64,000 nucleotides of DNA from a virus: IMG/VR virus record IMGVR_UViG_3300046660_000403, positions 1-64,000 of that record; one strand, given 5' to 3'. How positions within the stretch are numbered: position 1 is the stretch's first letter; the number at the start of each line of letters is the position of its first letter. A program made the translations under genes and the position numbers. Below, in pieces: positions 17,355-25,487 of this stretch. Under the pieces are notes generated by a model. That model had not been told where the DNA came from, ran no database searches, and saw only the letters and a list, made by a program, of their open reading frames with translations.

Positions 17355-18002
17355 ATGACGACCGTTTTTGTCGCGGGCTCCATCACCATCAAGCACCTCG
17401 ATCTGTTGGTCCAGCAAAAGCTGGTCAACATGATGGAACTCGGCCATCACATCATCGTCGGCGATGCCGACGGCGCTGACTCGGCCATCCAGCAGTTTTT
17501 GTATGAGGGTGGCGCCGAGAACGTGACGATCTTCTGCACCGGCGACAAGCCGCGCAACAACCTGGGCAACTGGCCCATCAATGGCATCACGACATACCAT
17601 CCAAAGGGCACGCGCGCCTACTTCACGGCCAAGGACGTGGCGATGGCGGAAGCGGCCGATGTCGGCCTGATGATCTGGGATGCCAAGAGTACCGGCACCT
17701 TGACCAATGTCATCGAGCTGCTGACCCGCAGGAAGAACGCGATGGTGTTCATCAACAAGGATAAGGCGTTGCAGAAGGTCGTCACCGTGGATGATCTTGG
17801 AGCGCTGGTGGCGCGCATGGCCGAGACCTCGCGCTTGAAAGCTGACACGAAAATGGGGCTGTTCGACCGCATCGCATCGCTGCGCTCACGGAAGCAGCAG
17901 ATGGCCATTCTAGAGCGCAAGGCGGGCTCAGCATCGACGCCCGATGACACTGCCCAGACACTTCCCACGCATGACCTCGACACGCCAGCCGAGGCGCACT
18001 GA
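17355..18002 (+). CDS. SLOG/DprA-like fold protein
   Basis: VFVAGS, IVGDADGAD, KDVAM...IWDAKSTGT. Confidence 0.75.
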   Translation: MTTVFVAGSITIKHLDLLVQQKLVNMMELGHHIIVGDADGADSAIQQFLYEGGAENVTIFCTGDKPRNNLGNWPINGITTYHPKGTRAYFTAKDVAMAEAADVGLMIWDAKSTGTLTNVIELLTRRKNAMVFINKDKALQKVVTVDDLGALVARMAETSRLKADTKMGLFDRIASLRSRKQQMAILERKAGSASTPDDTAQTLPTHDLDTPAEAH

Positions 18003-18054
18003 ATCGTTCGGTCGCCTGGCTTTATCCCACGTAATCTCATCTCCACGAAAGTCT

Positions 18055-18507
18055 ATGTCCATTTTCCAAAGCATTTTGCAAAGCCACCAAGAAGAGCAGC
18101 AAGCGGCGTCACATGCCGCCCAACGTGCCGCCGAGGAGCGGAAACGTGCCCAAGCCGAGTTCGTCATCCAGTTTGATGCGATGGTGAAGAGCATCATTAA
18201 TCCCGCTTTTCACAAGTTCGCTAGCGCGGTGGCGGAGTTCGGCCACGAAGCCCAAGTATATGAAGACGACACATCGACGGACCGGATTGTTTACATCACA
18301 TTTCTCCCGCATACCGTGCCGACGTCAAGGCCCCTGGATTTCAAGGTTGTTAGCGATGAAATGCGCCGGTGCCTTACCATCACTAGCAGCACAAAAAGCC
18401 ATACAAACTACCCCATGGCCAGCGCCATCAGTCTGCAAGATCTGACGGAAGCGAAGCTGGAGAACTTCCTGGGGCAATGGCTCAAACAGCTCTTGGGCAT
18501 GAAGTAG
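18055..18507 (+). CDS. hypothetical protein
   Basis: 150-aa lower-GC ORF. Confidence 0.6.
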   Translation: MSIFQSILQSHQEEQQAASHAAQRAAEERKRAQAEFVIQFDAMVKSIINPAFHKFASAVAEFGHEAQVYEDDTSTDRIVYITFLPHTVPTSRPLDFKVVSDEMRRCLTITSSTKSHTNYPMASAISLQDLTEAKLENFLGQWLKQLLGMK

Positions 18508-18551
18508 TCGATTGGCTCGCAGGCGCGCCGCACCTTCATTGACCTGGCGCG

Positions 18552-18587
18552 CTAATTTCCAAGTTTTTTTCAGTACGGACTGAAAAT
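18552..18587 (+). promoter_or_regulatory. phage-specific promoter motif, copy 1
   Basis: CTAATTTCCAAGT-N17-GAAAAT. Confidence 0.6.
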
Positions 18588-18614
18588 GGCCCTCCATTCA
18601 CCACTGGAGTCACC

Positions 18615-19178
18615 ATGAAAAAGTCCCTCTTGATACTCGGTATCACCAACGTGCTGCTGTCGTTGTCCGCCTGCAGCGACCCGCACCCGCCGCCGGCGGC
18701 AACAGCGCCGGCCACCATCGTTACCTCTGCCACGCCCGCCACAGCGGCGCCGATCATCATCAACAACACGCCGGCGCATGGTTCCGGTCTGTCGGATATG
18801 CTGGTCGGCGGCGCCATGGGTTATATGCTGGCCAGCTCGGCCAACAGCACCGCGCCGCGCGCCGCGCCCGACAGCGGGCACACCACCGTCAACAAGACCG
18901 TCATCAACAAGACCGTCGTGGTGCAGCAGCTGGCCGCGCCACCCAGTCCGGGCGCGAAGGCGCCGCCGACTGCGCCACCACCGGCGCCCGCCATGGCCAG
19001 CGTAGCGCACCCCGTCAAACCGGACTACACGATAAAGACGGCGTATGCGGCGCCGGTGGCCAGCCCGGCCTATCGTGCGGCCGCATCGCCGGTGCGCATC
19101 GCCTCCACCTATAGCGCGCCGGCGCGCAGTTACGCGGCGCCGCCGTCCTACTCGTCGTTCTCGTCCGCGCGGCGCTGA
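18615..19178 (+). CDS. Pro/Ala-rich lipoprotein
   Basis: Signal peptide with LSAC lipobox; GGAG RBS. Confidence 0.8.
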   Translation: MKKSLLILGITNVLLSLSACSDPHPPPAATAPATIVTSATPATAAPIIINNTPAHGSGLSDMLVGGAMGYMLASSANSTAPRAAPDSGHTTVNKTVINKTVVVQQLAAPPSPGAKAPPTAPPPAPAMASVAHPVKPDYTIKTAYAAPVASPAYRAAASPVRIASTYSAPARSYAAPPSYSSFSSARR

Positions 19179-19221
19179 TCGTCCACCCAGCCTGGCGCAA
19201 CCGCGCGCCAGGCTGCCTCGC

Positions 19222-19257
19222 CTAAATTCCAAGTTTTACTTCAACCGCCAGCACAAT
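19222..19257 (+). promoter_or_regulatory. phage-specific promoter motif, copy 2
   Basis: CTAAATTCCAAGT-N17-CACAAT. Confidence 0.6.
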
Positions 19258-19439
19258 CCGGGCTTCTCTATTCTTTGGAGGTTCCCGTGCACGCCTGCTC
19301 AACCTACCCCGGCATCGCTGCCGGTATCGCGCGCCGCGCTGAGGCCGCGATCCGCAACCGACACAAGGATCTTTTTTTATTCCGTAAGCATTTGACGGCC
19401 CCGGTTCGCCTGCCCACCAGCTATTGGCTCACGCCGAGT

Positions 19440-19970
19440 ATGAGCGATGCCACCCAACAGCGCCCATCCGCGCCTGCCACGCTCGACGCATCCAGGGCGC
19501 CGGTGGTACGCGTGGAGATCGCACCGCATCCGCATGACAGCAATCTGGAGGTGGCGAATCTGCCTGGCGCGCGCGTAGTGGTGCCGCGCGGCTTCCTGCG
19601 GCAGGATGATCTGGCCGTGTTCCTCGCCGCCGGCACCGAGCTGCCGGAATGGCTGCTGCGTGCGCTGGGCCGCTGGGATCCGCTGAGCGGCTATGGCACG
19701 CTGCGCGGCCCGGAGCACAACCGCGTGCGCATCGAGCGCGTGCGCGGCGTCGTCTCCCACGGCCTGCTGCTTAAGGGGGCGCTATTGCGCGGGGGGCTGG
19801 ATGGAGAGCCATGCTTTGTGGTGCGCAGCGAGCGGGAAGGATTCGCTTTATCGAAGGAGTTCCGCGAGGGCGATTACACCGCCGGCTGGCTGGGCATCCC
19901 GTACCAGGAGAACCGCGTCGACCTCATTTCCAAGTTTTTCGCCATGCTCTTGCACACTAGCGACTTCTGA
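19440..19970 (+). CDS. stand-alone domain resembling the N-terminal OB-like region of DRB0094-type RNA ligases
   Basis: IAPHPHDSNLEVA...VVVPRG...DLAVF...LPEWLL...RVRGVVSHGLL. Confidence 0.6.
   Translation: MSDATQQRPSAPATLDASRAPVVRVEIAPHPHDSNLEVANLPGARVVVPRGFLRQDDLAVFLAAGTELPEWLLRALGRWDPLSGYGTLRGPEHNRVRIERVRGVVSHGLLLKGALLRGGLDGEPCFVVRSEREGFALSKEFREGDYTAGWLGIPYQENRVDLISKFFAMLLHTSDF
19923..19958 (+). promoter_or_regulatory. phage-specific promoter motif, copy 3
   Basis: CTCATTTCCAAGT-N17-CACACT. Confidence 0.6.
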
Positions 19971-19986
19971 TCCTACGGACCCGCTC

Positions 19987-20499
19987 ATGCACCATTTCAT
20001 CACCGAACAAGCGCGCGCGTGGTTGCGCGAAGCCCACCACCAGCCGAATACCATGGCGATGGTGGACCAGATCCATGGCAAGACCTATTTGACCTACGAC
20101 CACGTGACGCTGGAGCACCAGTCCGGCTGTCTGCGGGTGGTCTTCTGGTGGGGCGGCACGGTTGTCTCGTACGCGAATATCATCGACGAAAAAACGGGAC
20201 GCCGCTCCGCCTTGTCCCTCCCAGGTATTCGCGGCCGCATCCAGATATTCGACGTCGGTGACAATCACCAGGCGCCGCCGCTGCGCACGTGTCAATTTGC
20301 GGCGGAAGAGATACCACGCCCACCCACCTGGCGCGAGCGCGTGCAGGCGTCCCTGCTGCCGCATGCCGCGTATGCAGCCTGCGGTTACGCACTGGTGGCC
20401 GCAGTGGTCGGCAGGTTTCCGCCTGTCAGCGGTGCACTGGCGGTGTTTTCGTTGTTCGCCTTGGCGGCGTCCCTCCTGGGCAAGGTAAGCGCGCCATGA
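19987..20499 (+). CDS. hypothetical membrane protein
   Basis: Two C-terminal hydrophobic helices. Confidence 0.6.
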   Translation: MHHFITEQARAWLREAHHQPNTMAMVDQIHGKTYLTYDHVTLEHQSGCLRVVFWWGGTVVSYANIIDEKTGRRSALSLPGIRGRIQIFDVGDNHQAPPLRTCQFAAEEIPRPPTWRERVQASLLPHAAYAACGYALVAAVVGRFPPVSGALAVFSLFALAASLLGKVSAP

Positions 20500-20873
20500 T
20501 CGACCTGGCCATCATCGTGCACGAGATCGCCGTCGATGGCTTGCCGGCCTGGGATCGCAACTTCAACCTGGCACGGCACCTGCGCGGCCGCGTGGCCTTC
20601 CTGTTCAAGGACGCGATCTATGCGGGCGAGCCGCTGGCTGCCGAGCGCTATCCCGAGATCTACCCGCCCGGCAGCTTGGCGGCGGCATGGCGCGCCACCG
20701 GCGCCGGCGCGCCAACTGAACTTTTCTGGGGCGTGACGCACTGGATCGCGTTGGCGATGCCGCCCGCCGTTCTGGCGAAACTGCGCCCTAAACCGCTGCT
20801 TCATCCTGGCCGCCTCGCCAACCTGCCGGCACAGGCCATGCCGCGTAATGGCGTGCTAATGGTGGCGCACTGA
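20496..20873 (+). CDS. hypothetical protein
   Basis: ATGA coupling; GVTHWIA phage-type motif. Confidence 0.6.
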   Translation: MIDLAIIVHEIAVDGLPAWDRNFNLARHLRGRVAFLFKDAIYAGEPLAAERYPEIYPPGSLAAAWRATGAGAPTELFWGVTHWIALAMPPAVLAKLRPKPLLHPGRLANLPAQAMPRNGVLMVAH

Positions 20874-20962
20874 TGGTCTGGTTGCGTCAGGCGCGCGTCC
20901 GTCTTGCGCAATGGGCGCAGGCAATTATTTTCGTTGTTCACTTAACCATTGGAGTATTTCGC

Positions 20963-21148
20963 ATGATCGATATCAACAGTATCAAAAAAGAAGCCCAGGC
21001 AACCATCGCCAAGGAGCAGGCAGAGAAAGCGAAGACCGCCCTGGTGGCGGCGCTGCGCAAGCGCGCGGCTGCGGCGCAAGTGGTGCGCAACATCGACGCG
21101 GAAATCGCAGATCTGGAAGCGAGCATCGCCGATGGCTCGTTTAACTGA
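20963..21148 (+). CDS. small coiled-coil protein
   Basis: GGAG RBS; begins MIDINSIKKEAQ. Confidence 0.75.
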   Translation: MIDINSIKKEAQATIAKEQAEKAKTALVAALRKRAAAAQVVRNIDAEIADLEASIADGSFN

Positions 21149-21797
21149 CTGCAGGCCAGTCCTCCAGTCCGAGCCGCTGCCGGTCATCTTCACCGGCTTC
21201 TACTCGAACACGCACGAACTGGGCCGCTGGGGGTGGCGCCTGGCCCTTGATGAAGGCTTCCGCCGGGATGATCCATTTCACCGAGCGCGCAACGCGCTCC
21301 TGCACCACGACAAGCTGGGAGTGACGCTGGTGGGCGACCTGTACGGCGAGGACGATCTGCTGCGTGGGCGGCGTGAATACCATCATCCGTATGGCGGCTC
21401 CGGCTATCGTGAGAACGAAGAAAGCTTCCACCGCCGCCGGTATGAAGACGGGCCGCGCATCGAGATCCGCTCGGCCGGCAAGGTAGGGCAGATGCCGATC
21501 ATGATGGCGCCAAGTGGATTGAACGCGCTGAGCTGGCGCAGCACGGAAAGCACACATACCGACATCGCCCATCCGCGCGAGCTGCACGAGCTGCCCTTGT
21601 TCGCCCAGCTGTATCCGGATACCCAAGAGCTGATTGTGGAACCGCAGAGCGTGCAGGCCTTGCTGGACCAGATCCTTGCCCAGCAGGGGCCGATGCGCAA
21701 GGAGATCCGTGCACGCGATGCCCGCCGCGATCGCGCGTCCGGTGCCAAGGAGGCGCGCCAGGTGCACGCGCAAATCGTCTCCCTGGCTGCTGCCTAA
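21132..21797 (+). CDS. hypothetical phage protein
   Basis: Overlaps the previous gene; consistent codon usage. Confidence 0.7.
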   Translation: MARLTDCRPVLQSEPLPVIFTGFYSNTHELGRWGWRLALDEGFRRDDPFHRARNALLHHDKLGVTLVGDLYGEDDLLRGRREYHHPYGGSGYRENEESFHRRRYEDGPRIEIRSAGKVGQMPIMMAPSGLNALSWRSTESTHTDIAHPRELHELPLFAQLYPDTQELIVEPQSVQALLDQILAQQGPMRKEIRARDARRDRASGAKEARQVHAQIVSLAAA

Positions 21798-22209
21798 GTT
21801 TCGCCCTCACGGTGCGGGTGGGCCTTGCCGCCCGCGCGCGCCCCATACACAGATCCCGACGAGAGCAATGAGCTGAGCGCCACCGATCGGGTTCTGCTGC
21901 AACACCTGCACCAGCGGCAACGCGGCCACGCCCAACACAGCGCTGAGTAATTTGTCCATCTATTTCTCCATGTAACGGCTGAACCATTTCAGCCGGCTGG
22001 CTCGCGCCATGACGGCCAGTGTCGTGTCACGACGGCCGTACACGAAGTATTTTGCATGAGGCGCAATTCGACTTTCCCGCCTGTTTTCCTAAGCGCGAAA
22101 CCGCCTGGCGCGGCGCATTTCAAGTGGCCCATGCCCCCGGATTTAAAGCCGTGCGCCAGCCGATTTAAAGGCATATTTAAACTAAAAATTGAAATTATTT
22201 AAAAAGTCT

Positions 22210-22260
22210 TTGACTGCTCTCCTTTGCAAGTCATAAAATTACAACTGTAAGTTGATTTTT
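22210..22260 (+). promoter_or_regulatory. promoter TTGACT-N18-TAAAAT followed by operator TACAAC-N5-GTTGAT
   Basis: 22237-22260 matches the reverse complement of 8901-8924 at 22 of 24 positions. Confidence 0.7.
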
Positions 22261-22282
22261 CTAAACCACACATGGAGCACAC

Positions 22283-22627
22283 ATGGACCTGAATACCCTG
22301 ACCACCCCAGAATTGAAACAATTGCGCAAGGATGTTGAAGTGGCGCTGATCGCCCGCGAGGCGCTTGACAAGAAAGAGGCCATTGCCAAAGTGCACGCGG
22401 TCGCGGCGGAGGTGAATATGCCCGTGGCGGAACTGGTGGCCATGCTCGGCGGCAAAGCGAAGAAGGATCGCGCAACGGTGCCCATGAAATATTACAATCC
22501 CGCCGACAATTCCCAGCAATGGACCGGGCGCGGCCGGGCTCCAGTGTGGGCGCAGGCGCTCAAGGATAAGGGCTTGCTCGATACCGCCTTGCCAGCCCGC
22601 ACCAATGAGCAGGAACCCAAGGCATGA
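22283..22627 (+). CDS. hns: H-NS family nucleoid protein
   Basis: KYYNP...QWTGRGRAPVW signature. Confidence 0.9.
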   Translation: MDLNTLTTPELKQLRKDVEVALIAREALDKKEAIAKVHAVAAEVNMPVAELVAMLGGKAKKDRATVPMKYYNPADNSQQWTGRGRAPVWAQALKDKGLLDTALPARTNEQEPKA

Positions 22628-23709
22628 GCATGACAATCGGGCGCATCGAGCGCACCGGCCGCATCGCGTTTAGTGATGCAAGCCTTAATGTGTGGGAGGA
22701 AGGAATTTCCGCAGCCCGCGCCGTGGGCGGTTATCAGGGCGCAAAGGACTGGGAACGCCAGTTTAAGCGCGACGTGTTCGCGCGCATCATGCAGACGCTT
22801 AATCGGCTGGGCTGGACTTGCGTCATTCCGCCAGACAAAATCGAACAATATGGCATGGACTTCGCCAGTAACCGGCGCTATTGCCGTAAGGGCGATCTGC
22901 AGGCGGATCTGGAGATCACTGGACGCTGCATTAATTTCAACATGTTCCAGAACGTGAATGCGCCGGACCGTCCAGACCATGACGGACGCTACCAGAGCAA
23001 CAAGGAGCGGCACATGCCCTATCCGATGCGCTTGGAAATGGAGCGCACGCGCCGCCGGATCCGCACCTATCTGCTCAATGTCTTCACTGGTTATGAGTTC
23101 AAGCCTTCCGACCCAGTGCTGGGCTTCAACGGCTTCACGGCGCTTGAATATGCCGCCCACGACCGCCGCACCAGCGGGCATTATGTCGCTGAGCTGGACC
23201 GCGCCCGATTCAGCAATGGGAACGAAGGCTTTTCGGCCGATGGCCACCCACTGGAGAATGGCACCCGAGTCTATGCAAGGGACCATTACGGTCGCATCAT
23301 CTGCGGCGCGGCGTTCTACAGCCTGGGTGGAAACTGGAAAATAATCACCGGCCGCTACGACGTGTCCAACGTCTGGCACACCGATATCTGGGTGCGCTGC
23401 CCCGGCGATCCGCGCGTAAAGCGCAATGCCGACCAGCGCCGCAAGCGCCTGGAAGGCGAAATGAGCAAGGCCATTGCGGCGATGAAATTCGAGCGTGCGG
23501 CCGTGTTGCGTGACATCCTGTTCCCTGGCAATCCGGACGTGTTCACCATTTTTAATACCGAGCATCAGCTGTATCACCGCCCTGGCTGTCGCGGTTACAC
23601 GACCGACCTGGCGCAAGCGGGTAAGTTCACGGCGGACGAGGTGCGCGGCTGGGATTGTGCGCCCAACAAGGTCATTCAGCTTGTTGAAGGAGCGCCCGCG
23701 CATGGATAA
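22624..23709 (+). CDS. hypothetical phage protein with a UVR-like motif
   Basis: LEGEMSKAIAAMKFERAAVLRD. Confidence 0.75.
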   Translation: MSMTIGRIERTGRIAFSDASLNVWEEGISAARAVGGYQGAKDWERQFKRDVFARIMQTLNRLGWTCVIPPDKIEQYGMDFASNRRYCRKGDLQADLEITGRCINFNMFQNVNAPDRPDHDGRYQSNKERHMPYPMRLEMERTRRRIRTYLLNVFTGYEFKPSDPVLGFNGFTALEYAAHDRRTSGHYVAELDRARFSNGNEGFSADGHPLENGTRVYARDHYGRIICGAAFYSLGGNWKIITGRYDVSNVWHTDIWVRCPGDPRVKRNADQRRKRLEGEMSKAIAAMKFERAAVLRDILFPGNPDVFTIFNTEHQLYHRPGCRGYTTDLAQAGKFTADEVRGWDCAPNKVIQLVEGAPAHG

Positions 23710-24403
23710 GGACACGGCGCTGCGGCGCATCCGCAAATGCCTGGCGCTGTCGGCATCGAACGAGCCGGAAGAGGCCGCCGCTGCGATGCGCCAAGCGCAG
23801 AAGCTCATGGAGCAGTTCAACATCGAACACCCGGAGTTGCAGGCGTCCACCGCATCGCATCAATGGGTCAAAAGCCGCGCCAAGGCACGGCCGCCCCTCT
23901 ATGAGGTGCACATGGCCAACGTACTGGCCAAGGGCTTTGGTTGCGACCTGATTTTTAGCCAGGAGTGGCTGAGCGCCGATCTGCACGGGGGCTACAATTT
24001 CATTGGTGTTGCGCCGGCGCCGGAGATCGCCAGCTACACCTTCACGGTGCTGCGGCGCAAGCTGTTGCAGGCGCGCGCCGATTACACGGCCATCGCCTTG
24101 AAGCGCTACCGCAAGAACAAAGTGGCAGCCGCCGATGCGTTTTGCACTGGCTGGGCGGTGTCGGCGTGCGGCAAGGTGCTGCCAGCGGCGCCTGTGCCCG
24201 AGCAGGTGCGGGCGATTGCCGCCTATCGCGCACGTGAATTTGGCGCGACCAGCGTCACCAAGGGAAACGACAGGGCGGTTGCCGTCAAGTCGCTTCCAGA
24301 CCATCACAAGATGCGGGGCTACATCGCTGGCGATAAGGTCACGGTGCAGCCGGGCGTGGGTGGCGCGGCCGCCCCAGCACAGCTCGGCTTCACTGGATTG
24401 TAA
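23702..24403 (+). CDS. DUF2786-like protein
   Basis: RIRKCLALSASNEPEEAAAAMRQAQKLM. Confidence 0.8.
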   Translation: MDKDTALRRIRKCLALSASNEPEEAAAAMRQAQKLMEQFNIEHPELQASTASHQWVKSRAKARPPLYEVHMANVLAKGFGCDLIFSQEWLSADLHGGYNFIGVAPAPEIASYTFTVLRRKLLQARADYTAIALKRYRKNKVAAADAFCTGWAVSACGKVLPAAPVPEQVRAIAAYRAREFGATSVTKGNDRAVAVKSLPDHHKMRGYIAGDKVTVQPGVGGAAAPAQLGFTGL

Positions 24404-24537
24404 GCCTGGACGAACCGCGCTGACGTTCCATCGACGCCAGAAATATGCAATGCTACACTGACAATAGAATCCGCTTCGGCGGGTAACCCGGCGCTCGCGC
24501 CCCGCATCTGGCCGGTTGCCAGGATAGGATAGCAACC

Positions 24538-24975
24538 ATGGAATCACCCTTCGTTACGCACCGCGACAAGGTACTGGGACACTACAGCACTGCTAAATGG
24601 CTCCGCAAGCTCGTGCTGGCCATGTGGAATGGCCATGATTACCCGGTTGGCTTGTCGCCGCTTGCTGGCCTGGATGAGAATCACGCAAAGGCCGCTGCCG
24701 ATATGATGTTGTCCTACAGTCGGCGCGGCGAGGGGGATCTGGCGTTTATGGCGCTGGCAGAAGAATGCTTGGCCCGGCAAGATGCCGAGTTGGCTGCGGC
24801 CGGGCGCGCCAAGGAGCTGGAACGGTGGATGGCGGAGACCGAGAGGTGCGCACGGTCGCTCGGCCTGCCCCGTGGTATCACGGATGATCGCTATAACTGG
24901 TTCGAGGAACGCTTCGGTGCGGGAATGGGGCCTGACGCGGCCGCGCATGAGGCCAAGACCGCCAATTTGCAATGA
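24538..24975 (+). CDS. hypothetical protein, related to the next gene
   Basis: LVLAMWNG.DYPV.L..L..LD. Confidence 0.7.
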   Translation: MESPFVTHRDKVLGHYSTAKWLRKLVLAMWNGHDYPVGLSPLAGLDENHAKAAADMMLSYSRRGEGDLAFMALAEECLARQDAELAAAGRAKELERWMAETERCARSLGLPRGITDDRYNWFEERFGAGMGPDAAAHEAKTANLQ

Positions 24976-25010
24976 CCAATCAGATACGGACGAATTAGGA
25001 GAAAGCACTA

Positions 25011-25430
25011 ATGGACCACAAACCAAGCCCGCTACGCCAGCCTGACCCCGAAGCGCAAGCGCGTGCGCGCACGCACATGCTCCTGCGCCGCCAAGTCATC
25101 GAGGCGCGTGATGCGATGCTGCCGCAAGTGAGGGCCGAAGGCGTTGCGGCGCTACAGCGGCTCCTTCCGATCGCCCGGAGCGACACGGGGCAGTCATCCG
25201 TCGTCGCCCGGTTCCTGCTGAACCTGTACAACGGCGAGCGCTTCCCGTTCGATATGACCGATCTGCGCCGGCTGGACTACGAGGTGTTCGACGATTGCAT
25301 GGCTGTGTTGAAAATGGATTTCCAGCCCTTGATGGAAGTACACCGCTACTTCGAGAACGGCGGCGCCATTTGGGAAGCGCTGGCCAGCGATTGGGGCTTC
25401 ACGGATTACGCCGGGAAGACCTGGCGCTAA
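25011..25430 (+). CDS. hypothetical protein
   Basis: DTGQSSVVARFLLNLYNGERFPFDMTDLRRLD; AGGAG RBS. Confidence 0.8.
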   Translation: MDHKPSPLRQPDPEAQARARTHMLLRRQVIEARDAMLPQVRAEGVAALQRLLPIARSDTGQSSVVARFLLNLYNGERFPFDMTDLRRLDYEVFDDCMAVLKMDFQPLMEVHRYFENGGAIWEALASDWGFTDYAGKTWR

Positions 25431-25446
25431 CTGCACGCCATTGACG

Positions 25447-25475
25447 AAAAAGCCCCGGACAATCCGGGGCTTTTT
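25447..25475. terminator. bidirectional intrinsic terminator
   Basis: AAAAAGCCCCGGA-CAA-TCCGGGGCTTTTT between convergent operons. Confidence 0.9.
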
Positions 25476-25487
25476 GCGTTTCAGGGC

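Noticed and set aside
21800-22200. ORF-poor gap with short GATTTAAAG repeats as an ncRNA
   Set aside because: No convincing fold or boundaries could be supported
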